Source: Octopus vulgaris (taxonomy: Eukaryota). Taken from it: DNA of 64,000 nucleotides. Below are positions 1 through 12,631 of the stretch, one piece after another. Where the stretch lies: NCBI GenBank assembly GCA_951406725.2, contig OX597822.1:67332001-67396000 (forward strand), read 5' to 3'. Made by a program: the position numbers and the translations under genes. The notes beneath the pieces were generated by a model. The model saw nothing but the letters and a program-made list of their open reading frames with translations, ran no database searches and was not told the DNA's origin. How positions within the stretch are numbered: the first letter of the stretch is position 1; each line of letters opens with the position of its first letter.

Positions 1-60
1 AAGGCATGATGTGTGTGTGTGTGTGTGCGTGTGTGTGTGTGTGTTGTGTGTGTGCGTGTG

Positions 61-1218
61 TGTACGTGATTGTAATTTAAGCACGTCCACAAATTAGCAC
101 GCATGTCGCTCCAATTGTAGGGGGACATTCGTCAACACGCTACCAGGATTTTGTCAACTTATTTTTTTCCCGAGGCACCCGCGGATAGCGGTAAATATCT
201 ACTTTCAGCCATAGCTTTTACCAATTTTGAAGTTTGCTAACACGAGTTAAGTCCCTTCTAGCCATAGCCAAGCAAATGTGTATGAGGGAGAGAGAGAAGT
301 TTTGTGTTGATGTATGTGTGTTTGTGTGTGTGAGGGAGAGAGAGCGTTTCACAATGTCTAACAAAAAAAGTAAAGAAAAAGTATGTGTAAGGAAGAGTGG
401 GAGATAGTTTGACAGCGTCTAACAAAAAAAATAAGGTAAAGAAAAGTGGAAGAGAGGTAGAGTAATTGACAGCGTCTAACAAAAAAAAAACGGTAAAGAA
501 AAGGTGAGAGAGAGAAAGAGGGGGAGAGTTTGACAGCGTTCATAAAAATACAATGTAAAACGTTTTGTTTTTTCTAAAACATGATTGTTCAAATTTAGGA
601 TGTTTTTGAAAGACACTATATTTTATAATCAGATTATATATACTTTCTCACACAACAATTACAATATATTTATTTTAAATCATTTATTTATTTTAAATCG
701 TTCATCTTTCTCCTCTCTCTCTTATTCACACACATTACTTTGGGTGCGAAATAGTTTTGTTTTTATTTTACGCTGAGTAAAAAAGTGTTTTCTTGAGAAT
801 CCATTTATTTAACAACAAAGAAAGAAAGAGATATGTAACAGTTTGTCAATGAATTACACAGTATAAATGGGTACGATTTCCGAGGCTTCCACCACACCAC
901 ACCCCCTTTTACGGACCACAAAAAGGGTTTTGTAGCATATTAGGAAGACAGAGTAGTTGAATCCACGCAAAAAAAAAAAGATTTTTTTTCTTAATGAAAA
1001 TCGTGCGAGTGTTGATCTACAAATTTACCAACATTTTTCCCAATCATTTCTGTTTATGAACATGTATGCGTGCAAAAACCATATGCAATATATATAAATC
1101 AATTTCAACGAATTTCGCCCAAATCTGACGTCGATATTACTTAGTTTGGTTTGAAATAAAACTTGATTAGCTTTATAATCGTAACTTAATCCCGGGCAAG
1201 GCCGGGTTATACTGCTAG
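61..1218 (+). mobile_element. Non-autonomous Helitron-like element, 3' part (5' boundary not identified)
   Basis: GC hairpin CCCGGGCAAGGCCGGG (1191-1206) followed by CTAG (1215-1218) then T, the canonical Helitron 3' end. Carries internal ~60-bp tandem units. Confidence 0.65.
330..545. repeat. ~60-bp imperfect tandem repeat, about 3.5 units
   Basis: Recurring GAGAGTTTGACAGCGTCTAACAAAAAAA..GTAAAGAAAAG motif at about 345, 405, 465 and 525. Confidence 0.8.
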
Positions 1219-1452
1219 TCATAAATATAGTGCTGAAATCAGACGGAAAATTTCAAATGTTAACTTACAACAAGAATCAAGGAAATTTTTAATAAATGTG
1301 TTTACAAGAACATACACAACTTTTTAATATGTTACTCAGTCAATTGAATAATTAATTAGAAGCATACATTCATTAATTTATGCTTGTCAGATCCAAAACA
1401 TTACAAGCGGATAAGATAATAATAGTAACAAGTAGAATCTTTCTACCTGATA

Positions 1453-1496
<44 letters not shown>

Positions 1497-1713
1497 GTAG
1501 GTATGCTGTTGCAAACAGGAAAGATAGAACTCAAAATATGAGTATATGTATGTTTTTATTAATATTTAGTAGAAACAACAGTTTGATAAGAGCCAACACA
1601 CGAAACACTCCCATCTCGAGTCACGCTGTTGCTTCTGCTAAATATTAATATATATGCTTTAGAAGCGTTCAGATGTTTTAGAAAGTTAAAGAAGTGATTG
1701 CAGAAAAAAGTGT

Positions 1714-1792
1714 TGGCGGCCGGCTATGAGACTCGAACTCACACCTCCGTGATTACGCGTCGCGGCGCTCTGAACCATTAAGCTAAACTGCC
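1714..1792 (-). pseudogene. Degenerate tRNA-like sequence, anticodon CGT (Thr-like)
   Basis: Minus strand GGCAGTTTAGCTTAATGGTTCAGAGC-GCCGCGA-CGCGTAA-TCACGG-AGGT-GTGAG-TTCGAGT-CTCAT-AGCCGGCCGCCA has A and B boxes, D and T arms, and a T6 run just downstream. Stem mismatches, G at position 33 and a 4-nt insertion argue against function. Confidence 0.7.
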
Positions 1793-2050
1793 CACAACAC
1801 AAGTTCTTTCTCAAATTTAAGATATATAGAAATCTCGCTTTATGAGACGCTATCATACGTTAAATTCAAATTACGAAAAACATAATCAAAAGCTAATCAT
1901 GAAATACGAAAAAATGAAAGATAATGATTTAGCCGTGGCTATGAGAAAATCTTGTATTCTCTTTAAATAGCCGAAAAAGTGATTCAAAATGACAAAAAGT
2001 GACAACGACGAAATGAAAATCTTGTCATCGTAAGAGTAATATAGAACGAT

Positions 2051-2433
2051 GGAGGCGCAATGGCCCAGTGGTTAGGGCAGCTGACTCGCGGTCATAGGAT
2101 CGTGGTTTCGATTCCCAGACCGGGTGTTGTGAGTGTTTATTGAGCGAAAACACCTAAAAGCTCCACGAGGCTCCGGCAGGGGATGGTGGTGATCCCTGCT
2201 GTACTCTTTCACCATAACTTTCTCTCACTCTTACTTTCTGTTTCTGTTGTACCTGTATTTCAAAGGGCTAGCCTTGTCACTCTCTGTGTCACGCTGAATA
2301 TCCCCGAGAACTACGTTAAGGGTGCACGTGTCTGTGGAGTGCTCAGCCACTTACACGTTAATTTCACGAGCAGGCTGTTCCGTTGATTCGGATCAACCGG
2401 AACTCTCGTCGTCGTAACCGACGGAGTGCTTCC
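2051..2433 (+). mobile_element. tRNA-derived SINE, family A (head A + tail 1), full length
   Basis: Head TGGCCCAGTGG (A box) and TTTCGATTCC (B box). Perfect 13-bp TSD AATATAGAACGAT (2038-2050 / 2434-2446). Near-identical copy at 53095. Confidence 0.92.
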
Positions 2434-2799
2434 AATATAGAACGATTTTAACAGGGACATAATTCATAGGTTAAAACTCATCGCAGTCGTGAACAATGCA
2501 ATTGTAGAGAGGATGCAGAAATAGCTACGTAAATATATATATAATTAGTGAATTCTTGTACAATTAATGAAGACTAGGACACCTTTTTAAAAATGTATTT
2601 TGCTTGTTACCTTGCCAACAAGTAGATGCTCGGTGAAAATATGATCTAATTTATATTTTCGATACAGAAGAGAAATCATGGATAGAAAAATTATATACAT
2701 ACATCTATACCCGCATATGCATACGTATGTCTATATAGACATACAGACTTACATAAACTCATATCAACAGAGAAATTTAACTATATTGTGACCTTTGTG

Positions 2800-3070
2800 T
2801 CAATAGAATATTTGTGAAACTGAAAATAGCCACTATGTTAAAGATAAGCCAGCCACTTATTGGTGTGTAGGAGCAGAAGTATAACATACGCTCTGTTGCA
2901 GAAGTCAGCGGGCTTCTAGATATTTTGTCATAAGCATACGGGAGAAAGAAAGTATCTATGTACGTTTGATACGGAGCTTGCAAATCGGGGTCCTCAATAT
3001 ACACTTTCAGTTTCATACCTATTATCATTGGGGAAACAAGGTACATGCCAACCAGACTAGAGCAAAGAAT
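2800..3070 (+). mobile_element. Highly decayed RLE-type non-LTR retrotransposon C-terminal fragment
   Basis: Manual translation gives ..SVAEVSGLLDI.. and YTFSFIPIIIGETRYMP, resembling the restriction-like endonuclease end (EVSCP.D / IPIIIGA.G), with stops. Confidence 0.45.
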
Positions 3071-3619
3071 GGCTTAATTGAGATTCTTGAGAAGAGAATT
3101 CATGCACTACAAATGATTACGATGTCAAGGACAATCTGAAAAATTCTTCAGATTTAAAGAGTGTGGAATCAAATGATGCGTTTTCTTCGCAACCATGCTT
3201 CTTCGTAGAATGCTGGTCATATTTAACTTTAAATTAAAAGAGAAAATAAAACAGACATATATAAGCAGCGATGCACCTTATAGCGGAAATGCAGAGTGTA
3301 AGGAAAATCGAAAATATCTAGCCGAAATAATGAAGAACCTAAAGATAATTTACCTGAAGTCTAACTTCAGATTATGCCTTTAATTTTGGCTCTCTAGGAT
3401 TGACAATACCTTGTGAAGCTCAGTTTAAAAGAAAAATTAGAATAGACACAGCTAATTAAAAGCAAATAACTTATAATTTACAAATACTTATATTTTCTAT
3501 AAATCATTCAATAATTATCTTGTAATGAATGCATGAATATACGTATAGATATACGAACAAATAGTATGTATATGTATACATACATAAATATATGCGTACA
3601 GATATACAGATATACCTTG

Positions 3620-4215
3620 GGTCTGACTTTAAACTGCATCCAGCGATGGTTGTTCCTTGGTTTTGAGCAGTGCGGAACCCTCTTAGCCACTATTATGCCC
3701 AAGTTTACATTGAAACTGGAGTAGTCAGAATCCCATCTGTGGGTTAATGTCATGGAATTGCTTCGAGAAGAAACCATTCGCACACGCATCAGCGTACACA
3801 GGGCAGTTGAAGCCCTTCAGATGATCAGCTGCTAATCTAAGAGAAGGTAACCCTATATAAATCCTGTATCCCGATGATCACTAAGCTCGTGACACTTGTT
3901 CTAACAGGCCAGTAGAAGAAGAGAAGATGAGACAGGCTCTGCACAAGCCATGACCACTATGATAGTATTAATGGCGCACTTTGTTCAGTTGACAAAGACA
4001 TCAGCACCAACACTGTAACGTTTTCTTTATAATGGCAGTAGCGATGAGCCGATAGACAACAGGTTTTGTTAAAGGGTGTAATTGGAAATCTTCAGTTTCG
4101 ACTCTGCATTCAGCGAGGCATAGAATGATATTGGATCCAATGTCCGTCGAAGTGACGGACGAGTCCACACAATGCGTACACACATATATAAAGAATGCCC
4201 ACTCGTCTAACGAAT
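3620..4215 (+). mobile_element. Decayed RTE-like LINE 5' / AP-endonuclease remnant
   Basis: Broken frames read FLYNGSSDE..TGFVKG..VSTLHSARHRMIL, resembling the AP endonuclease N-terminus. GC is higher than in the flanks. Confidence 0.35.
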
Positions 4216-5267
4216 ATGATTGCCATTGACCATAAGAAATTCAGCTGTTTGCAATAACCGAGCGAATTTGAGCATAGCTTGCACAAAGTGATAGTGATTT
4301 ACATTGTCCAAGATGAGGAGGAAAGACAAGACGGAGGCCGAAAATAGATCTATATCACAGCAATATCAATGCATTTTATAACAAAGCAGTTGCCCACCAG
4401 ACATATTATATAATTGAATGGTCTTAAAGTGTGCCAACCATCAGCATTCCTACACGTACATACACTGATACATATCTGCATAGGTATGTAGATCTCAATA
4501 TATAGAGATATAGCTATACGCATATAGACACATTTGCAAGCAATCTGAGAACAAAAGATTTTAATTTCACGTGAATTTATGATACGTTAATAGTTTCTAA
4601 TATAATATGAGGAAACAAAGGCAATATCACTGTTAAAATGGCCAATTATTTGCGCAAGTTTAGGCAATATATCGGATTTCATTAATCAACGCACATCTTC
4701 TCTCGAAGTTAGCGGTGAATCTAAAGTTATTAGATTCTAAAATCGAATTGCATAATAAAATGTTAATGAGGAGAGAAACTTCTTAACAACTCCAGAATAA
4801 TTCGTTCGATATTCATATTTTATATTTCACGTGGTAGTGAATTAATTATTCAAAACCAAGGTATCAGACATACTGCTTGCTTCAATTAGCAGGCTAAATG
4901 AGAAGATAATTAAGAAATGTTCGTTCCAGACATATTAACCATTAATGAGTGATAATAATGTAATGCTGCAAACACCTGCTTCACAAATCTATGGAAATTC
5001 AGTTAAAGAAATTGCGACAAAATACGCATTCTTTCTTTAATATGGAAGCGTTCTGCAAATTTCTTTACATTTTCTGTCAATATTTTTATGAAACGCTATT
5101 TCACGGGAATATTAAAAGCAGTATTCACTGGCTTAACTATTCATTATATTCCTTAATGCTGTCATCTTCACATGCTTAGAATTATCATAATCAGCATTGT
5201 ACTCATTACGATAATTGTATAATTAATATCGGCGAAAAATGATTAAAATATTTACCATTCGCCAAAA

Positions 5268-5271
5268 ATAT

Positions 5272-5362
<91 letters not shown>

Positions 5363-5365
5363 TAT
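5268..5365. repeat. (TA)n microsatellite
   Basis: Directly visible. Confidence 0.95.
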
Positions 5366-5756
5366 ATTAAAATGTATATATTAAAATATATTATTAATTG
5401 TTAGAAATCAATCAAATCACATTGAGTTGAGGCTGTAAGTGCAGAACTATAGAAATATTCCTTCTACTTGTGCCAGGTAATGCGCCAACCTCATAATTTT
5501 CATCTAACTCTCGGCGTATTCTTTAGTGTTATATCACAGTCCAACTCATGCTCTTTCACCTCACGTTATATTGACATCTTGTTAAGGCATCACAGTTGTT
5601 CTTAGAGGTTGTAAACCATTGTGCAGAGTGAGACGACAGAATCACTTCATTTTGGCAACAGACAGAAGATATGAATGCATTGTAAAGTGCCAACAGTTTC
5701 TTCTTAAAATTCTTTTTAGTTTGTAAAAATATTCAAAATAGAAAAATCAACTAATA

Positions 5757-6168
5757 GGCGTAGGAGAGGCTGTGTGGTAAGTAGCTTGCTTACCAACCAG
5801 ATGGTTCCGGGTTCAGTCCCACTGCGTGGCACCTTGGGCAAGTGTCTTCTACTAAAACCTCGGGCCGACCAAAGCCTTGTGAATGGATTTGGTAGACGGG
5901 AACTGAAAGAAGCCCGTCTTGTATATGCATATATGTTTGAATGTATGTGTATATGTTTGTGTGTCTATGTTTGTCCCCCCAACAACGCTTGACATGTGAT
6001 GCTGGTGTGTTTACGTCCCCGTAACTTAGCAGTTCAACAAAAGAGACCGACAGAATAAGTACTAGGCTTACAAAGAAAAAGTCCTGGGGTCGATTTGGTC
6101 GACTAAAGGCGGTACTCCAGCATGGTCATAGTCGCATGACTGAAACAAGTAAAAGAGTAAAAGAGTAA
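5757..6168 (+). mobile_element. tRNA-derived SINE, family K (internal microsatellite, TAAAAGAG tail)
   Basis: Head GGCGTAGGAG.GGCTGTGTGG..GGTTCAGTCCC, internal TA/TG tract and 3' GTAAAAGAGTAAAAGAG. At least 8 homologues in the window. Confidence 0.9.
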
Positions 6169-6423
6169 TGCTGCAATTGATGATAATAATGACAATAATA
6201 GTAGGAAGAGCAGTAGAGAATTATGAGAAATAAAAGTGAGGCTGGTTTAAATGATTTTGTAGCATATTTGTGCCAGAGATTATTTCTCATCACTATTTTG
6301 GTACCGCCTATTAAGAAAGACTTAGAAACCAGAAACGCATCTCGGAGTCCGAAGAAGTTTGACACCATATTACAAGCAGTAAAATTTCAAATGAAGTTAA
6401 CGGTCACTGCGTTGACTAGAAAC

Positions 6424-6553
6424 GTATACATACAAATACATACGTACATGCATACATGCATACATACATACATACATACATACATACATACATACATACA
6501 TACATACATACATACATACATACATACATACATACATACATACATACATACAT
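6424..6553. repeat. (CATA)n microsatellite
   Basis: Directly visible. Confidence 0.95.
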
Positions 6554-6565
6554 GGTGTTTGTCTA

Positions 6566-6901
6566 GGCGCATGGCTCAGTGGTTAGAGCGTCGAGCTTAC
6601 GATCGTGAGGTTGTGAGCTCGAATCCCGGACCGGGCTGCGTGTTGTGTTCTTGAGCAAGGCACTTTATTTCACGTTGCTCCAGTTCACTCAGATGTAGAA
6701 ATGAGTTGCGACGTCACAGGTGCCAAGCTGTATCGACCTTTGTCTTTCCCTTGGATAACACTGGTGGCGTGAAGAGGGGAGGCCGGTATGCATGGGCGAC
6801 TGCTGGTCTTCCATAAACAACTTTGCCCGGACTTGTGTCTAGGAGGGTAACTTTCTAGGTGCAATCCCATGGTCATTCATGACCGAAGGGGGTCTTTACC
6901 C
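6566..6901 (+). mobile_element. tRNA-derived SINE, family B (core B + tail 3)
   Basis: TGGCTCAGTGG A box, GCTCGAATCC B box and central GTGTTCTTGAGCAAGGCACTT. Homologous to 43789-44140. Confidence 0.88.
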
Positions 6902-8397
6902 TATGCAGAGTTTGACCACCTCCTGCACCTACACCTCAGCACCATTATGGCATCTAATGTGACTTTTTTTAAATAACACAATGTTCTGAAAAGACACCCA
7001 CATAGATTGCAAATCCGATTTGGCCCACCGAGAGCTGCAGATAAGCTATGATCGTTGTGGATCTTAAAATGTCTTTTTACATACATACCCGGATATCATT
7101 AATACTTATATGAAAGGAACAACTTCTATTTATGAAGCAAAATGTGTGGGCATTCGTCTTGCTGGAAATAGCAAACAAAACCCCGTCTATGTTTGTGCTT
7201 TAAAATATATGACGTCTAAAACTACATTTGATAAGGTAGCATTAGGCACAGGATACAAAAAATAAGACAAGGTGAGCATGGCTTGGAAAGCTTTAGATAT
7301 TTTCGTGTGATCGGAACCAGAAGTAAGTCATATCAATAGCATTGAGAGTTACATTAACCTAAACGGCACCTTAAGAAAACCAAATATAGTATGTTTGTCA
7401 GAATAAAAAGTAAAATGGAAAAGTAGAAATATATCAAATTGCATACATTGATGCAATGATTATGGCTCACAGATAAATGCCAAGAAATAACAGACCAAAA
7501 GGATAGAAGTAGTAAAGTGTCGCCTGATCTGTTAAATATATGGTATACGTAAATAGGAAGGCTTCGTTGGGTAATCTAGTCCTAGACATACTGTTTGAAT
7601 AAAATATCTGATATTCACGGCTGGACTCCATTTTATTTGATGCAAACTTGGTTAGTGGTGATCTGGAGCTGAATAAGAACAATCGCAACAAATGCAAGAG
7701 GCGACGCAAACTTCAGATACAAATTACGTCATAATGCCGCTAATATTTTATTTAAATACATGGAACAATACCATTTCTAGATGATGTAAAAATCGAACAC
7801 CATAGAATTCTAATGAGCAAAATAAAGAATTGGTAAAATGAATCTATGAAAAATATATTATCTATTGACCGTCTGTGTTACATAGAATAAACATTCGAGT
7901 AAAATGAAAATAGAAAATAGTTAATACATACGGAGAAGCTAATAACAATTACACAAGCATTCAAAAGTATAAAGATACTTTGAAATTGAAGATAAATATA
8001 TTAGATGATAAAAAATTTTGATAAATTAAAGAAATAATTTATTGAGTACCAAGTAATTTCAGAATCTATTTTAAGGCGAATTATTGACAGATCAATTCCC
8101 ACATGAGGTATGGAATGACCATGACATGAAACCGTAATAGTACGTATAGATCCTCATGTTTTGCAGTTATGACTCTTGAAGTCATAACAGGAATATCGAA
8201 TGTGGAGTAATATGCTTTTCATTAAAATAGAAAAGATCTTTAAAAACAGATACTCAGAGTTTCTGTTACCGCTGATCGGAGACCTTAGATTGTACTAAAA
8301 TTAAAATATCATGTTACATATCCCATCACAGTCTTTTTTCTATTTTAGTATGATCACAACTATCCGATAAACAGTTATCGCTTTAAATAAAAAGAAA

Positions 8398-8445
<48 letters not shown>

Positions 8446-8447
<2 letters not shown>

Positions 8448-8652
8448 CGGGAAGCTTTATGAAAATAAACAAAAGACGAAGGCAGGTGGAATACAAACAA
8501 ACAATTGTATTAGTATGGCGCTCAGGAATATAAATAAAACAAGTCTTTTACGTTTCGAGCCTACGCTCTTCAACAGAAAGATACAGAGAAAAGAAACACA
8601 GAGAGAAACAAGGAGAGAAAGAAAATGCGTGCAGAAGCTAGCGAATCAACAT
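8446..8652 (-). mobile_element. Penelope-like pseudo-LTR fragment with minimal hammerhead-like motif (8544-8581)
   Basis: Minus strand TCTTT-CTGTTGA-A-GAGC-GTAG-GCTC-GAAACGTA-AAAGA: perfect stems I and II and a palindromic ACGT stem III. The core is the variant CUGUUGA. Confidence 0.6.
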
Positions 8653-8745
8653 GCATATTAGTGTGTGTGTGTGCGTGTAGGCAATTTGGGAAAGTGCCTC
8701 TACTATAACCTCAGGCCGACCAAAGTCACATGAGTGGATTTGGTC

Positions 8746-8793
<48 letters not shown>

Positions 8794-9250
8794 TTGTATG
8801 TGTTGTAAATAAAACCATGTCTAATTGATTGCAAGATGTTGTTAACCCATTCACACGCAGCCTCTATAGAAGGCGACAACAAACGGCATGTGTTTCTGCA
8901 ACATTTTCTTAATCCAGTAAAATTCCTTTCATGACAAACAGAATTTGTGAATACACCGTTAACCTTCTGCAACTCTTCGTCTGCCAAGGAAGGAAAGTTT
9001 AACTTCAATGTGTTCCTAACATATTTTATACTTCTTATAGCAGAAATTGTATGAAGATTTTCAAAACGAAAACATGATCTCTAAAAAGTTATAACGAATC
9101 ATTAATTAACCTTATGAAAAATCAATGTATTCACATGACTTCCAATTAATACGGTTTTCATAAAAAATGTTACCAACGAAATCAGACAGTTTTCTCTAAT
9201 TGTTGCTCACTTTTAGCTAGGTTTATTTATGTTTGGCTCAATATTTGTTA

Positions 9251-9566
9251 GGTGGAGGCACAATAGCCCAGTGGTTAGGGCAGCGGACTCGCAGTCGGAG
9301 GATCGCAGATTCGATTCCCAGACCGGGCGTTGTGCGTGTTTATTGAGCGAAAACACCTAAAAGCTCCACCATTCTCCGGCAGGGGCGGGGCGACCCCTGT
9401 TATACTCTTTCGTCACAACTTTCTTCAACTCTGTCTTTCTGTTTCTTGAGTAACGCTGCGATGAACTGGCGTCCCGTCCAGCAGGGAGGAACACATACGC
9501 CACAGAAACGGGGAAACCGGGCCCATGAATCTGACTAGGCTTGAAAAGGGCGACGTTTATCGTTTT
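9251..9566 (+). mobile_element. tRNA-derived SINE, head A + tail 2 (chimeric relative to 2051)
   Basis: First ~190 nt match 2051, while the 3' part matches the tail of the SINE at 21406. 11-bp TSD AATATTTGTTA (9240-9250 / 9567-9577). Confidence 0.88.
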
Positions 9567-9582
9567 AATATTTGTTAACGCC

Positions 9583-10458
9583 AAGGCAACAAGCTGGCAG
9601 AAGCGTTAGCACACCGGGCGAAATACTTTGCGGTCTTTATATTCTGAGTTCAAATTCCACCGACTTGCCTTTCATCCTTTCGGGTTCGATAAATTAAGTA
9701 CCACTTACGTACTGGGGTCGATCTAATCCACTGGCCCCCTTTCCCCACCAAAATTCGGGCCTTGTACCTAGAGTGGACACGAATATACATTTGATATAAG
9801 GCGACGAGCTGGCAGAAACGTTAGCATCCCGAGCGAAATGCATAGCAGTACCTCGTCTGTCTTTACGTTCTGAGTTCAAATCCTGCCGTGGTCGACTTTG
9901 CCTTTCATCCTTTCGGAGTCTATAAATTAAGTACCAGTTACGTACTGGGGTCGAGCTAATCGACTGGCCCCTCCTCAAAAATTTCGAGCCTTGTACCTAG
10001 AGTAGAAAAGAATACTTGCTAGTACCAATGTGGCGAGCTGGCAGAAACGTTAGCACGCCGGGCGAGGTGCTTAGCCGTATTTCGTCTGTCTTTATGTTCT
10101 GAGTTCAAATTCCGCCGAGGTCGACTTTGCCTTTCATCCTCTCGGGGTCGATAAATTAAGTACAAATTACGTACTGGAGTCGATATAATCGACTTAATCC
10201 CTTTGTCTGTCTTTGTTTGTCCCCTCTATGTTTAGCCCCTCGTGGGCTATAAAGAAATAAGAAACGTGAGCACACCGGGCGAAATGCTTTGCGGTATTAT
10301 GTCTTTCTTTGCGTTCTGAGTTCAAATTCAACCGAGGTCGACTTGGCCTTTCATCCTTTCGCGGTTGATAAATTAAGTAACAGTTGCGTCCTGGGGATCG
10401 ATTCAATTGCCTGGCCCCCTCCCCGAAAATTTCGGGCCTCGTGCCTAGAGTAGAAACG
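9583..10458 (+). mobile_element. Tandem cluster of short SINE family S: two monomers (9583-9785, 9798-10013) and a dimer (10030-10458)
   Basis: Repeated GGCGAGCTGGCAGAAACGTTAGC..GAGTTCAAATTCC..CCTTTCATCCTTTCGGGGTCGATAAATTAAGTACCAG..CCTAGAGTAGAAAAG. Confidence 0.9.
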
Positions 10459-11313
10459 AATATTTGTTAGCACCAGTCTTATATAGCGAATGAGGTTCGA
10501 TTCCATTCTATTTCTAGCCATAATTCTTATATGCAATTAAGTAGAAATTTAATGCATCTTCATAGATTTAAGATACATGTTCTACAAGTGTAGAATTATT
10601 GATTCTACATCTGTATTTGCGAGTTGAGATTTCGTCTTAGTTGAACATTTTACATCATAAACGTATATTATCATATGTCGTATAACATTATTAACATCTA
10701 ACAATGACTCACTTGCATTAACTGCCTTTCCATGTCTTACTATTAGCGCAGCAAAAACAATATATCCAAGTCTGATAAATATGTAACTGCCTGCATTGTA
10801 CATAGCAGCTAACATAAAATTTAACTTGGTTTTCTTGTAAAACATTAGTCAATACAGATTTATTGCAAAAGTCATCCGAATTGTCAAAAAAACGTATCTC
10901 AGATACTATCTTTAAAATGTCGCTGTATTTATCGCCAAAAGCTAGCTAAAATTATTGTGATGATTAATTGAAATTACACTTCACTCAATATAAATGCCAA
11001 ACCGAATGAGCGACAATGTTCCTGGCCACCGTTGAAGTTGGCTCGTTTAACTGAGGAAGCCTCATAACACGGATACCTGGCTTGCTTTATCATCAGTTAT
11101 TGCAAAGACAAGAGTGACAGTCATTCGATCTAACCTTATGACTTTACCGTAAGTTGATTAAAATTTCAGTGGTTCAGTCTCTTAAAATTACTAGTAACGA
11201 AATTCTTTAAGGCTAGTATCTTTCCTAGCGTCAATATTGAAATTTCCTTTGAATAAAAGCATATTACTCTCCAATTAGCCCTTGTAGCTATTCAGATGGT
11301 ATTGTTGATACAT

Positions 11314-11315
<2 letters not shown>

Positions 11316-11352
<37 letters not shown>

Positions 11353-11385
11353 TACACACACACACACATACATGCATACACAAAC

Positions 11386-11418
<33 letters not shown>

Positions 11419-11575
11419 AACACACACACTCACACACATACACACACGCACACACACACCTCCAAATACACACACACATATATATATAGAAAGAGAGATA
11501 GAGAGAGATACACAGAAACACACACACTCACACACACACACACATATATATGTATGTATGCACACATATATACGT
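11316..11575. repeat. Compound (CA)n/(TA)n/(GA)n microsatellite
   Basis: Directly visible. Confidence 0.95.
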
Positions 11576-12491
11576 GTATACCTCTATTTATGTAAATGCA
11601 TTATGAATATCACCTCAAGTTTATTCCCAGCTCGTCATCTCATTATTTAGAACTCCTGAGCCGCGGGGAAATCTTATGATGGCAAAGTTAAGAGGGAAGG
11701 CTCCATCAATTCAGATTCATCTGCTTTATGAACTGATAAAATTATGGCGTGGCGGCGTTGTGTATCTTGCTGATTAATGTGTCTCGTTAGTATGTTTTGT
11801 TTTAATTAAAAATATGATTTCTGAAAATTAATTCAAATTTCCTGTTCGAAATATCTATTGTATTAATTAATATTTCGAATTTTACCACAATATATGATTG
11901 CTGGCATTCCTTCCGTTTCTGTTTGCGGTGCCGTGGGCGAAAACTAGGCAATTGGATTTTTAAATTTCTGCGATTCTTCTATATTTTACCTTATACATCT
12001 TACCACGTGTTTCTGTGTGTGAATCTGCATCAGAGACATAGCGTCGGTTTTGATAGCCGTGTGCGGTAGAAAAGTTGGTCGTTTATATTTTAAACGTTAA
12101 GTAATTTCGACTGAAGCGAAACACACGTGTATAACCCGGTTGCTCTGTGCGGTCCGCACACCTCACTCGAGATGCCATTGTGAGTGATATATCTGCGAAA
12201 AATGTATGTGTGTGTGTCTGTCTGTCTATGTACGTGTGAGGATGTATACGTATATAGATTTACATACGTGTGTGTATGTATGTATCTATCTAGCTATGCA
12301 TGCATGTATGTATGTGTGTGCATATACACGTGATCAGGTGACTTATTCATTGCAATGTCTCCGGCTTTGAGTAACAGGTGCGGCTCTTTCCTTACTCGTT
12401 CTGCCTTTGTCGAGGTCTTTTTCTTTGTTTAATTTAATTTTTTTTTTTTGCAGTTCCTTAAATTAAATCCCAAGCAAATAACGAAATTAAT

Positions 12492-12492
12492 G

Positions 12493-12538
<46 letters not shown>

Positions 12539-12539
12539 G

Positions 12540-12597
<58 letters not shown>

Positions 12598-12630
12598 GTC
12601 TGTCTCTCTGTCTCTCTGTCTATATATATA
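12492..12630. repeat. Compound (CT)n/(TATC)n microsatellite
   Basis: Directly visible. Confidence 0.95.
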
Positions 12631-12631
12631 A

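Noticed and set aside
1714-1792. Functional tRNA-Thr gene
   Set aside because: G at position 33, stem mismatches and extra bases before the acceptor 3' strand. Kept only as a pseudogene.
6223-6654. 143-aa ORF
   Set aside because: It runs through (CATA)n and into a SINE head, so it is a chance open frame.
9240-10475. CRISPR-like repeat-spacer appearance
   Set aside because: The intervening units are homologous SINEs rather than unique spacers, the repeats are target duplications, there are no cas genes, and the context is eukaryotic.
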